The position numbers and the translations under genes were made by a program. The notes under the pieces are model-generated. The model ran no database searches. It was not told the DNA's origin and saw only the letters and a list, made by a program, of their open reading frames with translations. DNA of 64,000 bases from Octopus vulgaris (Eukaryota), in contig OX597830.1 of NCBI GenBank assembly GCA_951406725.2, positions 79,174,001-79,238,000 of the forward strand. Reading direction: 5' to 3'. Shown here in pieces: positions 1-12,514 of the stretch (position 1 is its first letter; the number at the start of each line of letters is the position of its first letter).

Positions 1-843
1 TGTCTGTCTGTCTGTCTGTCTGTGTGTTTCCCTAAAACTTGAGAACTACATGACCAATTTCATTCAAATTTTACACATGCCTTACTTAGGGTCCAGGGAG
101 TGTCATCGGCAAAAAAATTTAACTTTTTGCCTAGGGCGAGCCCACAGCAATATCATATCTTCTCCACTACAATTCCCTAAAACTTGAGAACTACACAACC
201 AATTCCATTCAAATTTTACACATGCCTTATTTTCATGGCATGTAGTTTCATGGGCAAAAAAATGTTCAACTTCTTGCCTAGAGCGAGCCCATAGCAATAT
301 CATATCTTCTCCACTATTTCAGTATTACGTGTTAAAAGTGAAACAAAAATATTTCTCTATTTTATGTCAGATGCTTTCACCTTAACAATAAAAATAATAA
401 TAACAATTGAATTATATGTAGTAAGTAATAATTAAAATCAAACTAAAGTATAGTATAATCGTAACATACAAAAGTAAAAATAGCAATTGGTATAAAATGA
501 TTTGAACTTGAATAAGTGGTTTCACATGAATGGGAATAAATTAAAAATAAAATTAGCGTGCAGAAATGGAATAGTACAGATGGATAATAAAAAAATTAAA
601 TTAAAGAAAAGACTATTGTCTATAAAGTATACAATATAGAGAAAAAAGAAGAGCTAACAATTCCAGTCTGTTATATATTTTGAGTATTGTTATCACTAGC
701 GATATCAAGATATAACTTTGTATTTTGCATTTTATGTGTAGATGTATATATATATAGATGTACATGTAATATGTACAGATATATATGCACATATATACAT
801 GCACTAGCACTATGACCCGGCAACGACGGGTCTTTAATGCTAC
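1..843 (+). mobile_element. Non-autonomous Helitron, family A (5' end outside window)
   Basis: Matches 29643-30778. 3' hairpin GACCCGGCAACGACGGGTC followed by TTTAATGCTAC (CTAG mutated). Lacks the ~30297-30585 internal segment of the other copy. Confidence 0.75.
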
Positions 844-899
844 TATATACATATATATATATATATATTTATACTCGCACACATATATACATACATGTA

Positions 900-1066
<167 letters not shown>

Positions 1067-1439
1067 CATTGCTGGAAATCAAATTAAATAAAGAGAAAAA
1101 AAATTCAGACAGTAACAAAGTCGGAGCATCGTCTCTGCACGTGTAAGAGAGGGGGAGAGAGAGAGCGTGCGGGCACAGTGTATGTACACAAACACACATA
1201 CACACTCGCCACCATACATGCATGCATACATACATACATACATACATACAAACATACATACATACATACATACATTCATACATACATACATACATACATA
1301 CAAACATACATACACACATACATACATACATACATACATACATACACACACACGCACGTATATATATACACATACATACACAAACATACACACTTACATA
1401 CAGCGCATCATACTTCACACTCTACATCTCCTTCTCCTC

Positions 1440-1478
<39 letters not shown>

Positions 1479-1540
1479 CCTATTTATCAACATGTCTATC
1501 TCTATGTATGTATGTATTTATATATATATATTTTTTTCTT

Positions 1541-1735
1541 TTATTTGTTTCAGTCATATGACTGCGGCCATGCTGGAGCAAACCGATCCCAGGACTTATT
1601 CTTTGGAAGCCTAATACTTATTCTACCGACCTCTGTTGCCGAACCGCTAAGTGAGGGGGACGTAAACACACCAGCATCGATTGTCAAGCGATGTTGGGGG
1701 AACAAACACAGGCACACAAACATATACATACATAC
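1541..1735 (-). mobile_element. Partial tRNA-derived SINE (3' half)
   Basis: Same body and tail as 2108-2513 (GCTCCAGCATGGCCGCAGTC on minus strand). Confidence 0.75.
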
Positions 1736-1739
1736 ATGC

Positions 1740-1819
<80 letters not shown>

Positions 1820-1921
1820 ATAAGAACGGTAAGAAAACAAAAGAAAGAAAGAGACCTCGATATTATGTAAATAGAGGAATTTATCTGTAAATGTAATATA
1901 TGACAGTTATTCGGTAGCCAT

Positions 1922-1982
1922 GATAAAACTCCGAGTTTCAGATGCCGAAGTGGAAATCCACTCTGCCATCTCTTCAGTTATC
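1922..1982 (-). ncRNA. Type I hammerhead ribozyme motif (left arm of palindrome)
   Basis: Minus strand reads GATAA-CTGAAGA-GATG..CATCT-GAAA-CTCGGAG-TT-TTATC. Stem I GATAA/TTATC, cleavage triplet GUU. Confidence 0.65.
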
Positions 1983-1991
1983 CGATGGCCG

Positions 1992-2052
1992 GATAACTGA
2001 AGAGATGGCGGCGTGGATTTCTACCTCGGCATCCGAAACTCGGTGTTTTATC
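1992..2052 (+). ncRNA. Type I hammerhead ribozyme motif (right arm of palindrome)
   Basis: GATAA-CTGAAGA-GATG..CATCC-GAAA-CTCGGTG-TT-TTATC. Confidence 0.6.
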
Positions 2053-2107
2053 ATGGCTACCGAATAACTGTCACATATTACATTTACAGATATATATATA
2101 TATATAC

Positions 2108-2511
2108 TCTTTTACTCTTTTACTTGTTTCAGTCATTTGACTGCGGCCATGCTGGAGCACCGCCTTTAGTCGAGCAAATCGACCCCGGGACTTATTCTTT
2201 GTAAGCCCAGTACTTATTCTATCGGTGTCTTTTTGCCCAACCGCTAAGTGACGGGGACGTAAACACACCAGCATCGGTTGTCAAGCAATGCTAGGGAGAC
2301 AAACACAGACACACAAACATATACACACACACATATATATATACATATATACGACAGGCTTCTTTCAGTTTCCGTCTACCAAATCCACTCACAAGGCATT
2401 GGTCGGCCCGGGGCTATAGCAGAAGACACTTGCCCAAGATGCCACGCAGTGGACTGAACCCGGAACCATGTGGTTGGTTAGCAAGCTACTTACCACACAG
2501 CCACTCCTGCG

Positions 2512-2513
<2 letters not shown>
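2108..2513 (-). mobile_element. Full-length tRNA-derived SINE (octopus-type)
   Basis: Minus-strand head GGCGCAGGAGTGGCTGTGTGGTAAG..GGTTCAGTCC (A/B boxes), internal (TG/TA)n, tail GCGGTGCTCCAGCATGGCCGCAGTC..GTAAAAGAGTAAAAGAG. Many copies in window. Confidence 0.85.
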
Positions 2514-2583
<70 letters not shown>

Positions 2584-2607
2584 TATACATATATACATAT
2601 ATATATA

Positions 2608-2722
2608 CCACTCACAAGGCTTTGGTTGGCCCGAGGCTATAGTACAAGACACTTGTCCAAGGTGCCACGCTGTGGGACTGAACCCGGAACTATGTGGTTG
2701 GTTAGCAAGTTATTTACCACAC
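2608..2722 (-). mobile_element. SINE head fragment (tandem partial duplication)
   Basis: Repeats ~2385-2498. Confidence 0.7.
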
Positions 2723-3171
2723 ACACACACATATATATATAAATTCCTTCAATAAAGAAAAATATGTAATGACCATTATGCATGTCATGCCTTATAATAT
2801 ACATGTGTGTGTGTGTGTGTGTGTGTGTTTGTACGTATGTATGTATGTTTTTTTTTTCCGCATGCCCTTTTCTCATCTGTCCCTTCTTTATGTTTGTCAG
2901 CCCCCATTGTCGTCTTCATCATGAACTGGGTTACACAATACGTAATGCAACGGGCAAAACACCCGGAAGATATTCAATTACATCTCATCCACTCCACACG
3001 CACTCCACCACCGCCACAGCCACGTCTACCGCGATTACACTTTACATAATGTATGCTCAGATGTAATTAAGTCACAACGATATATAACAAATAAACATAT
3101 GGTAGATTCTCACACCTAATATGGTAAGCTGGAATTTTTAAATCTTTAAGGTGTTTTTTTTTTTACGATTA

Positions 3172-3330
3172 GGTGTAAGCATGGCTTTGTGGTTAAGAAT
3201 ATCGCTTTGCAACCACGATGTATTGAGTTCAGTCTCATTGTGAGACACTTTGGACAAGTGTCTTCTGCTATAGCCTCAAACCGACCAATACTTTGTGAAT
3301 GAATTTAGTAGACTGAAATTAAAAGGAATG
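3172..3330 (+). mobile_element. Decayed SINE head of the same family
   Basis: ATGGCTTTGTGGTTAAG..GAGTTCAGTCTC..CAAGTGTCTTCTGCTATAGCC. Confidence 0.65.
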
Positions 3331-3575
3331 CCAACCTTCACATATATATATGTATATATATATACATAGGGAGGAGAGTTTACGAAAAAAACAAAAGACG
3401 AAGACAGGTGGTGTACAAAACAAACAGATGTATTAGTATAACGCTCAGGAATAGAAAAATTCTTTTACGTTTCGAGCCTACGTTCTTCTACAGAAAGGGA
3501 CAAAAAAAAGAAAACAAGGAGAGAAAAAGAGGGAGAGAAAAAAGGAAAGAAACGGAGAGAAAAAAAGATATAGAT

Positions 3576-3610
<35 letters not shown>

Positions 3611-3926
3611 TAAATATACATAGTTATAAATATATATGTTGATAGAAATGGTAAGACAACAAAAGAATGAAAGAGACCTCGATATTATGTAAATAGAGGA
3701 ATTATTCTGTAAAAGTAATATGTGACAATTATTCGGTGTTTTATCATGGCTACCGAATAATTGTCACATATTTTAGATATATATATATGTATATATATGT
3801 ATATATACATATATATACACAATGGGCCAAGAACGCAAAACATCCAGGAGACCATACAAAAACACGGACGGGTCATTTTTTGTATCGTCTTCTGGATGTT
3901 TTGCGTTCTTGTCTCATTTTGTACTT

Positions 3927-3959
<33 letters not shown>

Positions 3960-3978
3960 ATATATATATATAAATATC

Positions 3979-4009
<31 letters not shown>

Positions 4010-4067
4010 ATATATATATATACACATATACATATATACTTTATTAATAAAGCTGCAAAGACATCGC

Positions 4068-4115
4068 AAAAACTGTTACTCAGAGTTTCACGTTGCCGTT
4101 CGTCGGACAGTTTTT
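4068..4115 (-). ncRNA. Minimal hammerhead motif with CCGA core variant
   Basis: Minus strand AAAAACTGT-CCGACGA-ACG GCAA CGT-GAAA-CTCTGAG-TA-ACAGTTTTT. 9-bp stem I, GNRA-capped stem II, GUA site. Confidence 0.7.
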
Positions 4116-4266
4116 GTGGTGTCATTTCTGCTTTATTGATAAAGCATATTACACTACATCCGGTATTCGAGTACTAGTTTTCAACCTCATTTCACATTTA
4201 TGTGCTTACTCTGGTGTACGTGTGTGTGTGTGTGTGTGTGTGTGTGTAAGTGTGTGTGTGTGTGTG

Positions 4267-4338
<72 letters not shown>

Positions 4339-4363
4339 TGTTTGTCTGTGTTTGTGTGTGTGT

Positions 4364-4844
4364 GGTCTGATCAATAAGTATCCGGACTTTTGTGCAGGTT
4401 AGTTACGGTTCAGTTCAGTCCATTAACTCTGAAGATTTGGGTATGAAACGCGTGTCTGCCAAGTTTGTGTCAAATCAGCTCTCGGCTGACACACCTACCT
4501 ATTCAGCGCAGCTTGTGCAGCAGTTTTTGATTAGGCACAGCATTCCCCAGGTCTGACAGCCATCGTATTCCCCCAGATCTCTGACTTTTTCTTCTGTCCA
4601 AAAATCAAATCCTGATTGAAAGGAAGAAGATTTCAGGACGTCGAGGAAATCAAAGTGAACGTGAAGAAGCAGTTGTTCATTATCCCAGAAAACGAGTTCG
4701 AAGAATTCTTCCATCAATGGGAACAGCGCTGGACTAAGTGTGTGGCTTCCGAAGGAGACTACTTTGAAAGAGATTAAATGCCAAATTGGTACGTGTTGTA
4801 GTTTTGTTCTTATAGCATCAGTCTGGATACTTATTAATCAGACC
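4364..4844 (+). mobile_element. Internally deleted mariner element with TIRs
   Basis: TIRs GGTCTGATCAATAAGTATCCGGACT / AGTCTGGATACTTATTAATCAGACC. Internal transposase C-terminus LKGRRFQDVEEIK..QWEQRWTKCVASEGDYFE. Confidence 0.85.
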
Positions 4845-4963
4845 TGGTGATATCCGTGGAGCAGCTGATGATGGAGGTACGTTGGATTGTTGGTATGGCT
4901 GTTTTTGTATATGTGGAATAGTGTTATAACACATCCTTTATATATATATATATAAAGGTCAGT

Positions 4964-5346
4964 GGAGGCGCAATGGCCCAGTGGTTAGGGCAGCGGACTC
5001 GCGGTCGTAGGATCGTGGTTTCGATTCCCAGACCGGGCGTTGTGAGTGTTTATTGAGCGAAAACACCTAAAGCCTCACGAGGCTCCGGCAGAGATGGTGG
5101 TGATCCCTGCTGTACTCTTTCACCACAACTTTCTCTCACTCTTACTTCCTGTTTCTGTTGTACCTGTATTTCAAAGGGCCGGCCTTGTCACTCTATGTGT
5201 CACGCTGAATATCCCCGAGAACTACGTTAAGGGTACACGTGTCTGTGGAGTGCTCAGCCACTTACACGTTAATTTCACGAGCAGGCTGTTCCGTTGATTC
5301 GGATCAACCAGAACCCTCGTCGTCGTAACCGACGGAGTGCTTCCAC
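4964..5346 (+). mobile_element. tRNA-derived SINE with 14-bp target-site duplication
   Basis: Head GGAGGCGCAATGGCCCAGTGGTTAGGGC..GGTTTCGATTCCC. TSD ATATAAAGGTCAGT at 4950-4963 and 5347-5360. Confidence 0.9.
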
Positions 5347-5363
5347 ATATAAAGGTCAGTATA

Positions 5364-5530
5364 TACGGTGGGTACTAAAAAGTTCCTGGCTTTGGGTAAA
5401 ATAAAATACAGGAGGATCAGTTAATTATGATTTTATTGAACGTATTCCTTCCTCGGATTCTCACACTTATTGCAGTGGTCCTTCAATTTTTCTATGCCCT
5501 GTAAAAGAACTCGGAAGGTTGGGACTCCGA
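5364..5530 (-). mobile_element. Mariner 3'-end fragment
   Basis: TIR-like TACGGTGGGTACTAAAAAGTTCCTGG. Minus strand encodes GIEKLKDHCNKCV, like a mariner C-terminus. Confidence 0.55.
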
Positions 5531-6020
5531 CATCATCATCATCACCATTGTTCGACCGTGGTCGAGACAATGGAATTTACCATGCTAAGCCAGACTTCAC
5601 GGTCCATCATGGCATTACGGAGATCCTGTTGCTAGATGCCTGTATCCCTGGAGATTACATCAGGGTAGGAGAGTGTGCGCCCTCTGGTATTGCGAGTAGA
5701 TGGCTTCCAGAGGAGAAGAGTAGAAATTGCCTCGTTTTCAGCTCTACAACAATGTCCAGCAAACTGGACTCTCCTACCTTTCACAAGAGATGACACAGGT
5801 GGTAGTTTCCCATATATTTGCATTTTGGTTGGATGGCGCTTCCACGAGAGATTTTGAGCTCTCATAAGGAGGCGAGTGTAGGTTCCATCCAACCGCCTCT
5901 CAAGCTTCTTTGATAACGTCCAGGTTTCTGAGCCATATAGTAGAATTGGTTCGACTGTGGCTTTGAATATTTCAAGTTTGAAGTCTCTACTTAGATTTGA
6001 TGACCAGATCTTATGCATGC
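5531..6020 (-). mobile_element. RTE-clade LINE 3' fragment
   Basis: ORF 5632-6018 KLEIFKATVEPILLYGSETWTL..GHC (RTE post-RT region), (TGA)n tail. Confidence 0.85.
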
Positions 6021-6616
6021 CTCCGATATTGTACGACTATCTTGAAAGAAATGGACTACTAGCAACTGAACAGAAGAGCTACAGAAGAGATCACAAGGAA
6101 CAAAGGATCCGTTGCTAATAAGGTAGTTTGGGGGTCACTGTGAGAAAACATTGACAATAAAGGGTATACGATATGGCTCCCCGCTCGTGGATTGTAAAAT
6201 TTTGGCTAAGAATTTAGAAAGCAATTCACTACACACAAATAACATAAACACAAATGGCGTTCAAAATTTACGTCTGTTTCGGTAGAATTTTGTTTATTTA
6301 ATGCAGTTATAAAAGATTACATCATAATATATAAACCAGCATCATCAGGCAAAATTTTTTAATTCTACCGAAACAGCTGTCGGGAATTTTAAAATTTTGT
6401 GTTTACTTTTTATATCTTACGCCACACCAAGGACCAACGCCAGAGTCAGACTTATGGCTTAAATTGGATTTGGTATTTGCATATCTACGATATACTACCA
6501 ACTGTCGATGTCTCCAATGTTGTTTGTTCCTCTGTGAGCTGCGTGTTATCGTACTTTGCCATTTCTGGTGTCCTATGTGCTGATGTGTCTTGATTTTTAA
6601 GAATCCTTATAACAAA

Positions 6617-6671
<55 letters not shown>

Positions 6672-7059
6672 TGGAGTAAGCACATAAATGCGAAACAGGT
6701 GGAAAAATTAGTACTCGAATACCAGAGGTAGAGTAATATGCTTTATTAAAAAGCAGCAGAAAATCACAAAAAAGAATTAACCTCAAAAATTTTTTATTTA
6801 TTTCCTCGCTTTCAACCTAGTGCTAATTGAATGTATTTTAAAGTGGGATTTAGAATCATCTGATGCCTATCTCTAGCATGTTGGTACTGTTTCTCTGTAC
6901 CCTTAATTATGATTATATCTATATAATCATATATATATGTATATTAACTTTTACCTATATGGTTTTTTTTTACACCAATCTTAATTGATTTTATCCTTAA
7001 TTATGTATGTGTGTGTGTGTGTGTATCTATGTATATGTATGTATATGTTTGTTACAAAG

Positions 7060-7266
7060 TAGCTGTAGCAGTTTTTAAATCAAAGTTGGACATCTTCCTG
7101 TCAAGAGTCCCAGATGAACCTACCTCACGGCAAGAGGTGCAAATGAGAGTAGCTGTATCAAACTCCATTCTTCACCAAGTGCCACATATTAGACGAGGTT
7201 CGTCGTAATAACAGTGTGGCACAAAACAGCGGTGCATCAGCATGGCCGCAGCTCTGAGCTGAAACT
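7060..7266 (+). mobile_element. CR1-group LINE extreme 3' fragment
   Basis: FKSKLDIFLSRVPDEPTSRQE matches the C-terminus of 51836-52195. Tail GCGGTGCATCAGCATGGCCGCAG. Confidence 0.85.
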
Positions 7267-7492
7267 AGAATATATATATATATATATATGTGTACGTATT
7301 TGTGTCCATCTCCGCATATGTCATTAATATCTCATAAATTCTTCATAACGATGTGTTTATCTATCAGCAAATATTTAGAAAAAGCAACGAAAAACATCAT
7401 AATTTTAGAAAACTTAGCAGTTAAATAAGTATATTAACTGGATGACATAACTGTCACATCATAATATTTCTCTCCCTCCTCTCCCTCTCTCT

Positions 7493-7790
7493 CAGTGGTT
7501 AGGGCAGCAGAGGATCGCGGTTTCGATTCCCAGACCGGGCGTTGTGTGTGTTTATTGAGCGAAAACACCTAAAAAGCTCCACGAGGCTCCGGCAGAGGGG
7601 GTGGTGGTGGCGACATCTGTTGTACTCTTTCGCCACCACTTTCTCTCACTGTCTCTTCCAGTTTCATGAGTAACGCTGCGATTGACTGGCGTCCCGTCCA
7701 GCTGGGGGGGGGGGACGGACATACGTCACAGAAACCGGGAAACCGGGGGCCATGAGCCTGGCTAGGCTTGAAAAGGGCGACGTTTATCGT
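7493..7790 (+). mobile_element. SINE sharing its head with 4964-5346 but with a different 3' half
   Basis: CAGTGGTTAGGGCAG..TTCGATTCCCAGACCGGGCGTTG..GAGCGAAAACACC shared, then CTGCGATTGACTGGCGTCCCGTCCAG tail. Confidence 0.7.
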
Positions 7791-7801
7791 TCATCGTTAT
7801 A

Positions 7802-8199
7802 CTAGCAGTATCGCCCGGCGTTGCTCGGGTTTATAAGGGAAATAACTATATAAGCATTTTTAGAGAGTTATAGCCAAAATATAGCAAAAAATGCATTAAA
7901 AATGAAAAAAAAAAATGATGGTAAATTTTTTTTTAAATCGTTGACTCATCGTAGACATTTTTAGAGAGTTACTTCCCTTATATAATAGCGAAATAATGCA
8001 TTAAAATGGGAAAAAATGATGGTAAATTTTTAAAAAATCGTAGACTCATCGTAGACGCGCGCTAATACCCAGAAGGGCTCGATATGAATCATGACTATAA
8101 GATACCCGGTTCTGGTTAAGCTGCACCGCAAAATGTGGGAATAGTTAGGAATCTAAATCGTAGGAGACAGACACACAACCTCTCTTTTATATATAAAGA
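7802..8199 (-). mobile_element. Non-autonomous Helitron, family C
   Basis: Minus strand A|TCTTTATATATAAAAG ... CCCGAGCAACGCCGGG hairpin, CTAG|T, no TSD. Confidence 0.85.
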
Positions 8200-8367
8200 T
8201 ATATATAACGCACGCACTCGTTAATTTTTTACCCTATGTGTGTGTGTGTATGTATGTATCTGTTTTTGTGTGAGTGTGTGTGAATGTGTGTGCGTGTGCG
8301 TGTGTGTGTATGTGTGTGTGTGTGTACGTATGTATGTATGTATCTGTATTAGTGTGAGTGTGTGTGA

Positions 8368-8450
<83 letters not shown>

Positions 8451-8794
8451 TGTGCTGACTAGTTGATTGTGTCTGTTAGTGTTTCTCGTAACCACCCGAG
8501 CACCCAACCCAGTTAGGTTCTCTTTTTTTTCCCCTAACCAAAGAACAAAGAGAAATAGCCCCTTCTTCGCCATCCTATCCCCACCCACTCGGTTTCATGT
8601 GTCAAGTGTTACTTAGCAACGACCGTGTTTTTGTACGTATTCGGATGGAGTGCATGCTTTATCGGGTGGCTGTTTTGGTTGTTCCTACCTCGCTGGCTGA
8701 GTAAGGAAGCGGGTAGATGGATAAGATGGCTACATGACTGACTCAGGATGAAGGGTAGGTGGTTGGGGATTGAAGAAAACTAACTAGAATAGCC

Positions 8795-9184
8795 TCCTCA
8801 TCCTCATCATCTCCACCACTGCCATCCTCCTTCTCCTTCTCCTCCTCCTCATCATCATCCCCACTACTGCCATCCGCCTCCTCCTCCTCCTCCTCATCAT
8901 CATCATCCCCACCATGCCATCCGCCTTCTCCCCCTCCTCCTCCTCATCAATATATTGTCATCAGCATCGTATTATCATCACCATCATCAGCAGCTTCATC
9001 ATCGTCATCATAATCATACTACAGCCGTCGTTGTCATTGTCATCATTGTCATCATGGTCATCATCATCATCATCGTCGTCGTCGTCGTCGTTATCATTAT
9101 TGTCGCCATTATCATCGTTGTCGTCATCGTATTGCCGTCGTCGTCATCATCGTCAGCACCATCATCATCATCACCACCACCACC

Positions 9185-9218
<34 letters not shown>

Positions 9219-9266
9219 TCATCGTCATCATCATCATCACCATCACCACCACCACCACCATCGTCG

Positions 9267-9346
<80 letters not shown>

Positions 9347-9501
9347 GTCATCATCATCATTACCATTATCATCTTCATCATCACCATCACCAACATCTTC
9401 ACCATCATCATCATCCTTATCATCACCACTACCACCATCATCATCATCATCATCACCATCACCAGCACCACCATCATCATCCCCACCACCCCCACCACCA
9501 C

Positions 9502-9552
<51 letters not shown>

Positions 9553-9600
9553 TTTTGTCAGCATCAATACTATCATTGCATCGTCATGAACAATATCTTA
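8795..9600. repeat. (CAT/CAC/CGT)n trinucleotide low-complexity tract
   Basis: Direct reading. Confidence 0.9.
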
Positions 9601-10284
9601 TTATTTGCCATCGTCATCAACATTATCTTCGTCATTAATGGATTTCACGATAGATTTTTTCTGTCTGGTCGACAGTTTGCTGTGTGTGGTAAAGTGTTAG
9701 TCGGCTAGCCACTTGGTTTTTCGAGATTTATTGGCAAAGTTTCTCGACTCCGTTCATTTGGTGATCGTCCGTAGATCATAGATTACAGAAATCTCTCTCG
9801 TACGTGCGGCGTCCCATACCCACCCTCACTGTTGCGATCCGTCCAGTGTTGCCAATATGGTTAAGACTTTATCTGCAGTAGTGCAGGGGACCGTTCTGGA
9901 GACAGGGGTAGTTATCCCGAACTCTGAGTATCTGTAAAGCGTTTCGAATTTCGGGTCTTTTGGGCAGCATCACGGTCAGGCTTATGACCTCGTTGCTGGA
10001 GGTAGTATCTGTTACTGTTTGTATGTCATTATCCCCTGTCTGGATGGGTTACATTGTTCACAGTGTGCAGTCGGTGGGATAAGAGTTTAAAGTTTCGAGA
10101 GTTGATGGTAGTTGCCGGCAATTTGGTGGATAAAGAATACGGGGGTGAAAGGTTAGGGTGTAGGATAGGGTGCGTCGGGACGGAAAAAGAAACGAAGAAG
10201 TGAGAGAAGATAAAGAGAGGAAGCGGTGAATTTATTAAAACCTACGAGAAAAAGACTCCTACATTAATACACAAGAGTTGAAGG

Positions 10285-10385
10285 AGAAGAAGAAGAAGAA
10301 GAAGAAGAAGAAGAAGAAGAAGAAGAAGAAGAAGAAGAAGAAGAAGAAGAAGAAGAAGAAGAAGAAGAAGAAGAAGAAGAAGAAG
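10285..10385. repeat. (AAG)n microsatellite
   Basis: Direct reading. Confidence 0.95.
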
Positions 10386-10769
10386 GCTGCAACAACATAA
10401 GGAAGAAGAGGAAATGTAGTGAGAAAGAGAGAGGTGGAAAAGGAAGAGAAGGAGCGTACAGGGAGAATAGATGATTGACACATTACTTAAATAAAATATT
10501 ATATAATATTCATCGCTGATAGGGACACCAGGATTATTATGCGACCATATTACACACTACCATGTATGTTATAACTCAATACTGTCTCCTACCTGTGTTA
10601 TCAGTGCGATTCAGTCGCTTTTTAAAGTTATGTCTACAGATTTTCTATGGAAATTAGGGCCAGCACTGAAAGTTATGACGTTTCATATACGAATACATCT
10701 GTGTAAACAATTCGATCGAGGATAGAAAAATAGATAATGGCTATTTGAGTAATGTGTTCGTGGATGGTT

Positions 10770-10839
10770 AATAGGTTGGATATTGTTCTGATGAAGAAGC
10801 AATAACTCTTGAAATGTGCATATACACCCATTACCTATT
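10770..10839 (+). ncRNA. Degenerate hammerhead motif
   Basis: CTGATGA (10788)..GAAA-TGTGCA-TA. Flanks AATAGGT/ACCTATT pair, stem II imperfect. Confidence 0.45.
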
Positions 10840-11283
10840 GTTCTGTCTGCGATCGCAGTGTTTACAAAGATGTATTAGTATACGAAATGTTGTAACATCT
10901 ACGTCTCATAGATTTCTGAGGATTTTTGGCAAGGTATTTAATGAAGTAAATAGTACTCAATATAAAATTTACGGGAACGGCTATTGAATTCGAGATTTTA
11001 CACTGCCGTTACTCAGAGTTTTGTATTATCGCTTTTCAAAACGATTTAAATTTATATTAAAATATAAGCTCATATACTCACAGGCCTCATTGATGCACTA
11101 CCCTGATGCACTAACGCCTCCAGTTTCTCATGCCCAACCACACGGTCAAAGAAACTCTTTTCTCATGGAATTGTTGTCGCTTACCGAGTGATATCATCCC
11201 CTGTGACATCATGTGACCCTCCTTGACCAATTGCAGCCCATCTCCCGGTGGCCATCTTGGACTTCCTGTACTGCTCCGTTCAT

Positions 11284-11356
11284 TCGGCTATTCCACGAGC
11301 CTGAGGAGACAGACTCCGTTGGGGACTCGCGAAATTTGAAGTAGCACGGAATCCGA
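11284..11356 (+). ncRNA. Degenerate hammerhead motif
   Basis: TCGG..ATTCC..GAGC-CTGAGGA..GAAA-TTTGAAG-TA-GCAC..GGAAT.CCGA. Confidence 0.45.
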
Positions 11357-11529
11357 GTCCAACTGTTTTGAATAATAATATATTAAAATACACAAATAAT
11401 GGGTATTACATATTTGGTCGCACCGAGATTTATAAATACTGACATTTTAATAAATAAAAGCTTATGATGTAAAATTTAACATTACAGACAAGGCATCTAC
11501 TTGTTAAAATTAAAGACTTTTTCGAGCTT

Positions 11530-11772
11530 ACACGCTTATCTCGGTTTCTGTGGCATTTGTGATTAAGAATGCGAATATACTCCCCTTAAAGGGTTACCAA
11601 TCCATCGCAGGGTTAACCCTAAATTCCATTGGTATTTGGGAGTTAGCTGAGTGGACTGTTACAACGTGAAATGAAGTGTCTTGCCTTGCTTAAAGACACA
11701 ATTTGCCGCCTGATCCATAATTTGAACTCACGATCTAGTGATCGCGAGCCCAGCACCCTAATTACTGGGCTA
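11530..11772 (-). mobile_element. Old tRNA/CORE-type SINE
   Basis: AGCTGAGTGGACTG..CAACGTGAAATGAAGTGTCTTG, as in 31534-31883. Confidence 0.55.
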
Positions 11773-12514
11773 CGCATCATCACTCATCGAGTTATTTGAT
11801 GGAAATAGAAATAAATAAATATGGAATAAGAAAACCATGAGACTAAAGGATAGAGAAAAGAAGGAAAATTTGTATAACAAATAGTTAAAGAAAGGTAAGA
11901 ATAGAGTGAGATTAAGATAAGAGAACGAGGAAAAGAAGAAGAGAAGCTGGGGGAATATAGAGATGGATAAGTGAGAAAAATAAAAGAGAAAGAAGCGGAA
12001 ATAAGAAGTAGAAGGCATAATTCTGCTTACTGGGAAATGCACATTGATTTAAGTTTACTTAAATATATAATGGAAAAATTACGTACGCATGAGGGATAAG
12101 GGTAAAACATAAGAATTCGTAACATACATACATACATAGGCACATACATAGGCACATATATACGTTGATGCATGCATATATGTATGTACTATGATCATTG
12201 TCTGGAGAGGAGAAGAGAAAAAGGCATAAAAAGTAAAGGAGAGGGGAGAAAACTAAAGGCATTGAAGCTTATGAGGAGAAGATACAGATTCATACTAGAA
12301 TTCTCAAGCGTTGGAGAAGGAAAGTAAAAGACAGGGCATTACAACAATAGGATGAAGGAGGGGGAAAAGCGTGGTGAGGGACGCACATATACGGCTGATT
12401 GATGCCAAGATAAAATGAAGTAATACTGTGTGCAAAGTTCCATAGAGGAAGTAGATTCAAGTTCTTTTTCCAATTTTTGAGAAAATGAAAAGTCAATTTA
12501 CCAAGAGTCTCTAA

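Noticed and set aside
4964-5036. tRNA genes (also 31810-31880 and 2440-2513)
   Set aside because: These are SINE heads. They continue into repeat bodies, some with TSDs, and lack proper acceptor stems.
8914-9708. Poly-His or poly-Ser ORFs
   Set aside because: Translation of a (CAT)n microsatellite.
9600-10170. Possible LINE ORF1 remnant on the minus strand (similarly 35790-36180 and 59050-59640)
   Set aside because: Composition is suggestive but there is no diagnostic motif.
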